From positions 8,341 to 40,340 of the forward strand of contig NC_003270.1 in the NCBI RefSeq assembly GCF_000009705.1: 32,000 nt of DNA, in the 5' to 3' direction. The stretch is from Nostoc sp. PCC 7120 = FACHB-418 (lineage in GTDB: Bacteria; Cyanobacteriota; Cyanobacteriia; Cyanobacteriales; Nostocaceae). Position 1 is the stretch's first letter. Each line of letters starts with the position of its first letter. A model generated the notes under the pieces. That model made no database searches, was not told where the DNA came from, and was given only the letters and a program-made list of their open reading frames with translations. The position numbers were made by a program, and so were the translations under genes. Of the stretch, positions 15,501 to 22,977 are shown piece by piece.

Positions 15501-16441
15501 AAAAATGCTGGGATAAACGCTTGGCAAGTACCGTTTTTAGTAAAGTAAAAAATCATCAGTTAAAGCATGAAAATTTAAGTAATTTACTTGAGGCACTCAT
15601 AAGCCACAACTTTGATGAAGCCAAAACTTTTGCTGAATCATTAATTTCTTTACCCATTCCTGAAGATGCTGAGGAAAGAGCCAAAGTACTTGCCGCAGCA
15701 ACAGCTCTTATGAGATATGCAAAAGATGCAGGCTGGTCAGTTGTTTGGGATGTGATTCACCACGACCCAGAATTTGGTAGAGAATTAATTGAAGCTGTAT
15801 CTTACTCTTTTGAATACACAGATAGTTTAGAGCAGAGACTAAAAGAAGAATATATAGCAGATTTATACATTTTTCTTGTTCAGGAATATCCTCCTATTGA
15901 AAAAAGTAAGCAAGACGATTCTCAAGCAGAAGAACTCACGGGCATAGAAGCCTACAGAATAAGACCAAAAGATGCTGTCACCACCTGGAGAAACAATATT
16001 CCACAGCGTCTCAAAAACCGTGGTACACCTGAAGCTTGTGAGGCTATTCGGCGAATCATGCGCGAACTACCAGACCAAAAGGATAAATTGGAGCGGTTTT
16101 TATTAGAAGCTGAGACTTTAACTCTCCGTAATACCTGGATTTCACCGCAACCATCAATAATAATTGAACTAGCAAAAAGTAGTTACTCTAAAGAGGTACA
16201 GTCTTTAGTCAACTATGGAATCATACAAAATTTTCAAGACAGCACTGTTCACGGCAGCGTGCAGGCATTACAAGGTAATCATAACCAACAAAGTATTGAG
16301 AATGCAAATGTAGTTTCTCAGGAGAACCTGGCTAATACTCCAGTTCAAAAACATATATTATGTACTAATTGCGGTCATGTAAATCCAAATAGTTGTAAGT
16401 TTTGCTCCCAATGTGGGCAAAAAATAATATCACAAATTTGA
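12533..16441 (+). CDS. 1302-aa STAND/NACHT-like NTPase with HEAT/ARM-like repeats, a C-terminal Q/N/G motif and a terminal zinc ribbon
   Basis: Walker A LLGEPGIGKSF (nt 12701-12724). Walker B LYVFLDSLDECL. WAHQTYAEFLAAWYL (NACHT WH-like). HEAT-like VRVNAADTICLIGDEETKARLKPL. Motif at nt 16226-16291. CTNCGHVNPNSCKFCSQCGQ CxxC...CxxC ribbon at the end. Confidence 0.85.
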   Translation: MSQIYKWKRFWYPRSGRINLTGFGYLYDPDTDFGHYLNPDLVTFNAIAHLPCLALLGEPGIGKSFAIEAEQKIIDAKIKEEGSQILRLNLREYSSEDRLVRRFFESPTFNAWIQGQHRLYVFLDSLDECLLRINTLAALLVGELSNYSNHVERLYLRITCRTADWPNSLEQGLKKIWGKEAVGVYELAPLLRVDIASAAQTKGLDENNFLQAIEEQEVVPLAIKPITLKFLLNTYCNNGSLPTQQTELYLKGCQLLCEDTEDRRDARLTGNFTADQRMVVAARIAAVTVFCNRYAVWMDIDQGEVPPEDVVIRELVGGIEFIQGDEFSVTKDAVREVLSTALFSSRGCHRMGWAHQTYAEFLAAWYLQHRQLTLEQMMSLIVHPGDPDGKLIPQLQETAVWLSSINQKVFQEVMKTNPDILLNSSVATADDTVKANLVESLLKLYDEGKLLYEPRYGAYIHLKHQNLAAQLQSYIYDASKNETARYVAIEIAQQCEEKSLQGDLVSIALAPEQPYWVRVNAADTICLIGDEETKARLKPLATGKAGDDTENELKGYGLRAVWPNHITAAELFNILIQPTNKATGGTYQNFVAKDIGRQIQLDDLAIALKWVEQQPLRRDLCYPFNELADTILLKAWEHLDVPDILKAFANIVYYRLKNHDQITDNRIYNENESSCEELLIQDDNKRRQILETIVTRFSQSEAERIGVLSYNFPGINQDFLWILEKLKESSSEANQLAWAKLIWRLFKRYDPEQVNAILTISEDIPILKAEFSKLIEPIKLTSQTAIEERANYLEDLKQQERNNNQQLLDPPPKDRIIKCLDQFESGNLNSWTQICHDITLIPNSIYYDKMLLFKPNITTLPGWEEAESLTKTRIIGAAKVYIRKGDPITSQWLGTSKFYYSTLAGYKALCLILQEEPEYIYAIPDGVWKKWTAVILDYPKTGNPKDEEIRQELVKNTYKVAPDEVINTLIILIDKENQDNGSISIHHALEKCWDKRLASTVFSKVKNHQLKHENLSNLLEALISHNFDEAKTFAESLISLPIPEDAEERAKVLAAATALMRYAKDAGWSVVWDVIHHDPEFGRELIEAVSYSFEYTDSLEQRLKEEYIADLYIFLVQEYPPIEKSKQDDSQAEELTGIEAYRIRPKDAVTTWRNNIPQRLKNRGTPEACEAIRRIMRELPDQKDKLERFLLEAETLTLRNTWISPQPSIIIELAKSSYSKEVQSLVNYGIIQNFQDSTVHGSVQALQGNHNQQSIENANVVSQENLANTPVQKHILCTNCGHVNPNSCKFCSQCGQKIISQI

Positions 16442-16527
16442 GACGTAAACAATAACTTCATTTATAATTTTTAACTTTGATTCAAGGGATTATTTACTAT
16501 TATAAAATTTACTTTCTTACTTTTATA

Positions 16528-17547
16528 TCACTCGGAATCCTTCAACATCCCCGTTAACAATTCCGACATTTCCCACAGGTCTTTATTCCGGTTATCATCA
16601 TAAATCATCAACGTTCTGGGGTCAGCATGACGGCTCAACTTCTGCACCTTTCTAATATTCCCATCCGTCGCATCAAGTGCTGCCGTAATCGCCGAATGCC
16701 TCACCCTGTGAGGTGACATCGGTTTCTTTACCCCCACCTTCTTAAAAGCACTAGCCACTATTTTATAGATAGCATCCGTAGTCAATCTATGCCCAGAGTT
16801 ATGAAAATCTAATGCTGTAAAAATTGGTAAATCGGGTTTCAAATCCCCTCGTGCAATCAACCAATCAGCTATCGCCGCCGCCACATCTTTTGACATATCT
16901 AAATATTCTTCATTCGTTCCCTTCCCCTTACCCAAAACTCGCAACTTGCGCCCATAAAAATCAAAGTCACCCACATTTAACTGACATATCTCCTGACGAC
17001 GCAAAGCTAAACCCCACAGCACCAGAAAGATGGCATAATTGCGTTTACCAATCAAAGTCTCCCTGTCAAACTGCCCAAGTACAAGTGCTATCGTCTTGCT
17101 ATCAACCCCCCGCGTATCTCGATATGCCTTGACCTTCTCCCCTTCGACATCTTCCAGGGAATAATTGCACACCCCCAACTTCCGCCCCATCTTCGCCAAA
17201 GACTTAATCGCCGCCAACCGCCGATTAATTGTTGCTTCCCGCACCCCCGAAGCTATCAATTTCGCCTTATACTTCAGCACCACCATCACCGCTTGCTCGC
17301 GCTGCAAGTGCAGAAACTCCAGCACACTATCCCCAGTTGGCGGCATTAGAGTCATCTTCATAAAGAAATCCCGCAAATCTTTCTCGTAAGCCCGCCGAGT
17401 ATTGGGGTTGCGCTTATCTGCCAACAGTTGCGCCAACACATCCGGGTCGCCCTGAAGCTCTGCGTCAAAATACCTAGTGATTGGCGCATCTAGACACGCT
17501 TCTAACTCTACCTTGACTAATTCCCCCCAAACCGGCTCGTTAGGCAT
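16528..17547 (-). CDS. tyrosine site-specific recombinase (phage integrase/XerCD family)
   Basis: Catalytic signature elements: ALRRQEICQL (Arg I), HRVRHSAITAAL (H-x-x-R) and LSRHADPRTLMIYD (His/Tyr). An N-terminal SAM-like core-binding region is also present. Confidence 0.9.
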   Translation of the reverse strand: MPNEPVWGELVKVELEACLDAPITRYFDAELQGDPDVLAQLLADKRNPNTRRAYEKDLRDFFMKMTLMPPTGDSVLEFLHLQREQAVMVVLKYKAKLIASGVREATINRRLAAIKSLAKMGRKLGVCNYSLEDVEGEKVKAYRDTRGVDSKTIALVLGQFDRETLIGKRNYAIFLVLWGLALRRQEICQLNVGDFDFYGRKLRVLGKGKGTNEEYLDMSKDVAAAIADWLIARGDLKPDLPIFTALDFHNSGHRLTTDAIYKIVASAFKKVGVKKPMSPHRVRHSAITAALDATDGNIRKVQKLSRHADPRTLMIYDDNRNKDLWEMSELLTGMLKDSE

Positions 17548-17993
17548 AATTGCTCACTACTGCGTTATTGATAATACAGATTTCCAATAACGTTCATCAT
17601 ACTCCGCTAAGGGAGTGCATTAATCTTTACATTCACTTCGGAGTAAAATATTTCTTGCGGAAGTTGGCAGGTGTTAATTAGTTATGTTAAGTCTGTAATT
17701 TCCGGCTGAGATATCAAAATTGATAGCTAAAAGTGGGGGATGTGGTGCAGATGTCTTTGAGGTAAGCCAGTTTATCAAATATCCGACTTGCCCATGCCCA
17801 GCAAATGAATGAGCTATGGTTGAGTTTAAAGTTTTTAATTTTAGATAATTAATCACATCACATTGATGTATTCTGAGCTAAAATTTCTCTTTTTTTATTT
17901 GAGGTTATTTTCAACCCAAGAGCAAAATAAAGTAGCTCCGATGAGCGCAAAAATTTAATGAATAATGGCTAGTTTTATTCTTAATAAAAAATA

Positions 17994-20924
17994 TTAAAGG
18001 CCACAATTTTCTATACGAGATAGAAATCGAGTTATGTCTGATAGTCTCCTAGCGGTGGGCGTAGTATGAAACAGATATGAAAACCCCCAAGGAAAAATTG
18101 GGTAAGAAGGAAGATGTCCTTCTGGTGCATCCATATTGTAAATTAACTCATTTTGATATAACCATCGTGTTTTTTTACGCCAGCCAATATATTCGCCAAA
18201 TTTTTCCCATATTTTCTGACTATAATTATTAGTTCCACCTAATCTTTTATAAATGTCCTTTTGAACTTTGAACCCAAAATGACCCTTACTAGCGTATATC
18301 CATAGGTCATTAATAATTCTAATATCCTCACAGGGAAAATACTTAATATATTTAGTGTCTAAAAATTTTTCTTCTAACTGCCCGCTTATTTGAAGTATTA
18401 ATCTCGCTGTTTCTTCATCAGCTTTTTTCCATTCAAAATTTAAAAGATAATAAAATAGTTGAGTATATTTATCTGGCAATACAACATTTAATATATGAAT
18501 CCCAGTTTCAGATAATGTTTCATCATCATTAAAATCATATTGTTTCTTTTCATATTCTGTTAATAATCTATAATAGTTGGCAAATTCTTTTATATTTAAC
18601 TGGGCATTAATATTTTGTGTTTTACTCCATGTTGTCAGCCAAGCACAAAATCTATTTGCGATTTGCCAACTTATTCCATTAACGGGTTTTTGGGAATCTC
18701 CAGGTAAGAATCTATTACCATGCCAATTTTCAGGATATAAAGCATTACCTGTTTCTTCAATAAATAACTGATATTCAACGCAAGTAATATAACTATTATC
18801 AATTTGTTTTTTTTCATCAATACGAACTAGTCTACCTAATCGCCTCGCCAACTTTACTTGTGCTGCTAATTTTAAAATTTCTATATCAGATGATTCTAAA
18901 CCATCATCCAAAGTTTTAATCAGTCTTTCTCTTATAATTGGAGCCACTTTTAAACTTTCCTCCTGACAATCTAGTGCAAGTTTTAAAGACATTAAATCTA
19001 AATTACTTAAAGCTGTAGAAATTATATTAGTTGCATCAGTTTGGGCAGCATAAAGTCTAATAGTTTCGTGCCACCAATCATCTTTTAATTTATTAATTAA
19101 TATATGTTCTTGTTTACTTTCTTTTATTTGAACTGCTGCTAAGTATTCTTGGAAACTTTTATGAGCAAATTCATAAATATTTTTTTCTTTTTCTACAAGT
19201 AATCCACAGACATCCTCAACATTTTTTATAAAATCTTCTGGTGATAATTTATTACCAGCTACTTGTGATAAAACATCTTGGATAACTGAACTACCTAACA
19301 TTAAATCAAACTCACGAGTATTTTGATTCATTAAAAATAATGCTAAAACTTGAAGTACTACTTTCTTCTGATCAGATGTTAGTAAATCAGCAATTCCTTT
19401 AGAATCTTGTCGCCTACCCAACATAACATCACAAATTTCAGCATACAATTCTACTCTTCTTCCTGGTAAAGCACCACGATAACAATGAACTGTAGCAATC
19501 ATAGTTAATAACAGTGGATTTAAAGCCATTGCCGCTAAAGATGAATTATTTTTTATACGTTCAATTAGATCATCGGATTTTCGGTTAGCATTCTGTTGTA
19601 TACCTTGATCTTTTTGCCCATGCCGACTCATAATTTCATTTTGAAGATACCAATTTTGGATAAAAAATTGCACCTGCTTTGAGTTAAATGGATGTATTTC
19701 TAAAATTGCCTTAATGTTTTCCACAGGGGCGCTACGATAACCAAAAGGGCGAGAGGTTAGTAAAAAAATAGCATGAGGATATTCTTGAATTTGCTTGTTT
19801 ACCCATCTACTAATTAATTGGCGTTGATGAAGCTCTACTTCATCTAATCCATCGAACATTACTAAACATTTCTGAGTTTTATAATTTCTAGTTGTTAAAT
19901 TTATATTTAATCTCAAATTATCTTCAAACCAACTTTTTAATGGCTGATTTTTTTTTACTAATTCTTGTTGTTCAATTAAAGTTGGTAAATCAGGTTGCTC
20001 TTCAATAATTGAGTTTTGAATCTCCCGTAAATAAAGTATTATGGGAATTAATTCAGGCGCTTTAGCATTATGCTGAAAATATGTATTGTTAGCATAATTT
20101 AAAACCAAGTATTCCAACAAAGTTGTTTTACCATATCCTGGAGGAGCGATGATTGCTATACTACGAAAAGCATGGAACTCCTGACTTGCTATTAACCAAT
20201 CCCATATCTCTGTTGGATTAGATCCATATTTAAGATGAATCATACCGTTAGGTATTCTATCAACACATTCTGGTGCAAGCCTGAGTGCTACAAATACCTT
20301 TTCTAGATCCAAAGTAAAAGGGCCTTTAGTTTTCAATCCTTGAGTCCGATAATCACGGCAATTATAAATTAATTCATCATAATACCTTTTTTTAAATTTT
20401 CTTGATTCTTCCTCCCAAGAATATGGTGTTTTTATAGCATTTGCTTCTTGGAATGTATTTAATTGTTTATATCTTTCATGATTTTTCCATTTCAAAATAA
20501 TATCTATTAGTAAAATTAATAAAGCAATTAGAAAATACAAATCTTGTGATAATAGCCATTTCCAAATAATATTTATTATCCATTTAAATAATTGGTTTAG
20601 CAAAGTCAAATCAATATTTGTATTTTTGAAACGTTCATGAATTGCTATCGCCAGAAATGCTGTTAAAAAAAAGAGCGGTAGTAAAGGTAATACTCGTTTA
20701 AATTCTTTTATGAAAAAACTTTCAGTGATTTCTGTTTCTTTATACGGATTAATAGAAATATTTACATTATTTCCCGACGAAGTATTATTAGACTGATTTT
20801 GAAAATTTTTATTTCCTTTAATAGCCTGCATTCCATTATCTAAAGTAGAAGTATCAACTTGTTGTTGAATATCAATATCCTGTTTAGATGGTTGATTAGG
20901 TTCTGGATTTAGCGGCTGATTCAT
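17994..20924 (-). CDS. NACHT NTPase with N-terminal Q/N/G motif, two TM helices, an FGE/SUMF1-like segment and a C-terminal GUN4-like domain
   Basis: Walker A IIAPPGYGKTTL (nt about 20121-20144, minus strand). Walker B LVMFDGLDEVE. YEFAHKSFQEYLAA. PVNGISWQIANRFCAWL (FGE-sulfatase-type signature). GHFGFKVQKDIYKRLGG...WEKFGEYIGWR...APEGHLP (GUN4-type signature). ATG 20924 (MNQP) is preferred over TTG 20960. Confidence 0.85.
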   Translation of the reverse strand: MNQPLNPEPNQPSKQDIDIQQQVDTSTLDNGMQAIKGNKNFQNQSNNTSSGNNVNISINPYKETEITESFFIKEFKRVLPLLPLFFLTAFLAIAIHERFKNTNIDLTLLNQLFKWIINIIWKWLLSQDLYFLIALLILLIDIILKWKNHERYKQLNTFQEANAIKTPYSWEEESRKFKKRYYDELIYNCRDYRTQGLKTKGPFTLDLEKVFVALRLAPECVDRIPNGMIHLKYGSNPTEIWDWLIASQEFHAFRSIAIIAPPGYGKTTLLEYLVLNYANNTYFQHNAKAPELIPIILYLREIQNSIIEEQPDLPTLIEQQELVKKNQPLKSWFEDNLRLNINLTTRNYKTQKCLVMFDGLDEVELHQRQLISRWVNKQIQEYPHAIFLLTSRPFGYRSAPVENIKAILEIHPFNSKQVQFFIQNWYLQNEIMSRHGQKDQGIQQNANRKSDDLIERIKNNSSLAAMALNPLLLTMIATVHCYRGALPGRRVELYAEICDVMLGRRQDSKGIADLLTSDQKKVVLQVLALFLMNQNTREFDLMLGSSVIQDVLSQVAGNKLSPEDFIKNVEDVCGLLVEKEKNIYEFAHKSFQEYLAAVQIKESKQEHILINKLKDDWWHETIRLYAAQTDATNIISTALSNLDLMSLKLALDCQEESLKVAPIIRERLIKTLDDGLESSDIEILKLAAQVKLARRLGRLVRIDEKKQIDNSYITCVEYQLFIEETGNALYPENWHGNRFLPGDSQKPVNGISWQIANRFCAWLTTWSKTQNINAQLNIKEFANYYRLLTEYEKKQYDFNDDETLSETGIHILNVVLPDKYTQLFYYLLNFEWKKADEETARLILQISGQLEEKFLDTKYIKYFPCEDIRIINDLWIYASKGHFGFKVQKDIYKRLGGTNNYSQKIWEKFGEYIGWRKKTRWLYQNELIYNMDAPEGHLPSYPIFPWGFSYLFHTTPTARRLSDITRFLSRIENCGL

Positions 20925-21169
20925 AAAAAAATAATTATTAATAATTAATTTACTTTTCAAATTCTTAGTTTTCTAAAGAATACCGTTGAAGAAATTAGAC
21001 TTAGAAACCCTATGGCATAGTTAATTACAAGATTTAATTCAAAACTTTATATAAAATATACCATAAAAAATACGTGTTATAAAGCTTTTAAGCGTTTGAT
21101 TTCCTTGGAGCAAGCTAGTGTTTAGAGGTGAGTTACCTTCTTAGGGGTAAATATAGCGAAGACACTGTT

Positions 21170-21535
21170 GGCGTAAATAGAAGGTTCGTGCAACCAGGGG
21201 CAACCTTGTAAAATTTAGTAAAAATAACCCTTGATTTAGCCTCAATTGATAAGAAATACAAATAATAACATTGCCTAGTTCGTTCCATTTTAGGCAATGT
21301 TTTTCGAGAACGCTATGTAGTGTCAAGGTTTTTACAGTAATAATTTTGAATTCCCAACTTCTATTTTAGGCAAAGATTTTTCTGCAAAAATAGCGCTTCA
21401 AAGTATAAATTTTACTTATTTATTTTAGCGATCGCTTAAAACTTTATCAACAAGAAGTGTAATCTCTGTATCCCTTACACAGCAAAGGTTTTAGGTACAG
21501 GTTGCCCCTGGTTACACGAACCTTCTATTTACGCC
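21170..21535. mobile_element. 366-bp MITE-like element with 36-bp terminal inverted repeats (1 mismatch), flanked by TGTT direct repeats
   Basis: IR-L 21170-21205 is GGCGTAAATAGAAGGTTCGTGCAACCAGGGGCAACC. IR-R 21500-21535 is its reverse complement with one C/T difference. TGTT lies at 21166-21169 and 21536-21539. There is no credible internal coding capacity. Confidence 0.6.
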
Positions 21536-21557
21536 TGTTGGCGAATTCCCCAAACAG

Positions 21558-21776
21558 CTAAACTGAACCGATTAGTTCAGAAATAAACCGATTGAGAGCT
21601 TTCTGAGCAGTTTTATACCCAGGTGCTTGCTTACCCAACTTCAGTTCAGACAAAATACGGTCACGTAAAATTTCTAAAGATGCAACAGACAATCCAGTTT
21701 CCTGGTTGGCGACGGTCTGCGGAGCGTTTTTGGCAATCGCGGTATCAGATGTTTGATGAAACTCGCTCTCCCGCAT
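21558..21776 (-). pseudogene. truncated paralogue of the IS passenger ORF 26847-27281 (C-terminal half only)
   Basis: LEILRDRILSELKLGKQAPGYKTAQKALNRFISELIGSV compares with LEILRDRVLSELKLGKQATGYKTAHKVLNRFIAELIGSV. Nucleotide homology extends to about 21800 and then stops. Confidence 0.6.
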
Positions 21777-22280
21777 AATACTCGGTTGAAGTTGGCATTG
21801 AGCCGAGATGTGTGCAAATTCGGAAATAGAGTCTAAAAACTCTTGTTATATATAGCTTTCAGCTTTTTTGCTACCTCTAGTTTTAAACAAATACAGTCAG
21901 GCTGAATTTAGTACACAGTTACTAATAAATCCGGTTTCTGCTCTCTCAAATACCAACATTTAAAAGTTGGTATTTGGGAGGAGAGTCACATTGATTTTTT
22001 AGAGGTTTTGGGTATGACGAAAGAAACTATTCAATCATCGAAAGTTGGTAAAAGTCAAAATCAATAGCGTAAATATGCCCACAACAGTCGCGATCGCTAC
22101 TAGCTAAACTTCCTTAAACACTAGATATTTCCAGGGTTACAGCGATTATGTACCCTTGATGCCAAATATTCCTTAACCCTTTGAAACTGTAATTTATACA
22201 AGTTTCCAAATCTCTCAAACCTAGAATTGGTAAGGCTTTCCAGGCTCTATTTCCGAGTTTGCAGGGATCTCGGCTCTATG

Positions 22281-22463
22281 CCTCCAAGGGGACTCTGCTG
22301 GTTGTCCCCGTTGCGAAAACAACTCTACAAAAGCTTCATCTTCATAAATACTGCCCAATGTATCGCGTATCTGTAGGTAAATATTTCCCTTGGGAAAGGC
22401 AGCACGAGCCACCTGTACAGTTTCAACGGGTATGTCAGGTATATTTTGGGGATGTATCGACAT
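22281..22463 (-). pseudogene. 5' fragment of a DDE transposase gene (first ~61 codons)
   Basis: MSIHPQNIPDIPVETVQVARAAFPKGNIYLQIRDTLGSIYEDEAFVELFSQRGQPAESPWR aligns with residues 1-61 of the intact transposase (MCLHPEEIPPIPDETVRIAKAAFPKGNLYMRLRDELGVFYQDEDFASLYPQRGQPAQAPWR). Similarity is lost after that. Confidence 0.75.
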
Positions 22464-22977
22464 ATTGACTCATGCCCAACTGTAGGAACTTATTGTTGAT
22501 CCTACTCCTTTTTGAGATGTCCTATTTGAATTCGCCAACAGTGTCCTCGCTACTTTTACCCCTCTTAATCCTTACTCTGTATGGTTTTCGGCTTTTTGAT
22601 AGTCCTGGCTGTTTTTCATCGAAAGATACTTGCAATGCCTGGGGCAGTTATTGGGGTCATGACGAAATAGGTATTGGTATTGAGTTAGGTCGAGGGGGAG
22701 ATAACACTCCCCCTCGCCTCTACCTCCCGGCTGAACCCCTAACTCAACCTCAATTCGGTGACAGTGTTTGTTTTTATAAACACTATGAGGGTTTTCTCTA
22801 TGGAATTTAGCGGCAGTAAGCAAAAATTAAGCAGATTCTTGTGCCATAACTGCAAACTCCCACTGTTGTAGAAGCAAACGACATAGCCAATAAACCCAGT
22901 ATTATTTACCCGACTGGAGTGTAGTTGCTGTAATCCAGCTTATACCAACTTTTTATTTTGGGTTAAAAACCTCTTCT

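Larger units (their letters stand above)
21157..22549 (-). mobile_element. internally deleted, decayed copy of an IS related to the intact element at 24910-27308
   Basis: Its ends share GCGA(A/G)GACACTGTTGGCGAATTC in inverted orientation (21157-21183, interrupted by the MITE, and 22528-22549). It contains only the 3' part of the RHH-like ORF and the first ~61 codons of the transposase. Confidence 0.6.

Noticed and set aside
17674-17856. A 60-aa ORF in the gap between the recombinase and the NACHT-GUN4 gene. I also looked there for a tRNA or att site.
   Set aside because: No cloverleaf-compatible sequence or direct repeat was found, and the ORF has no supporting features.
21141-21326. A 61-aa ORF on the minus strand.
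   Set aside because: It lies almost wholly inside the MITE and spans its terminal inverted repeat, so it is most likely spurious.
22472-22823. ORFs 22472-22810 (+) and 22572-22823 (-) lie between the transposase fragment and the glycosyltransferase gene.
   Set aside because: The region contains the IS terminal repeat and a G5/C5 hairpin repeat. The ORFs overlap each other on opposite strands and show no protein-like features, so the region is most likely non-coding.
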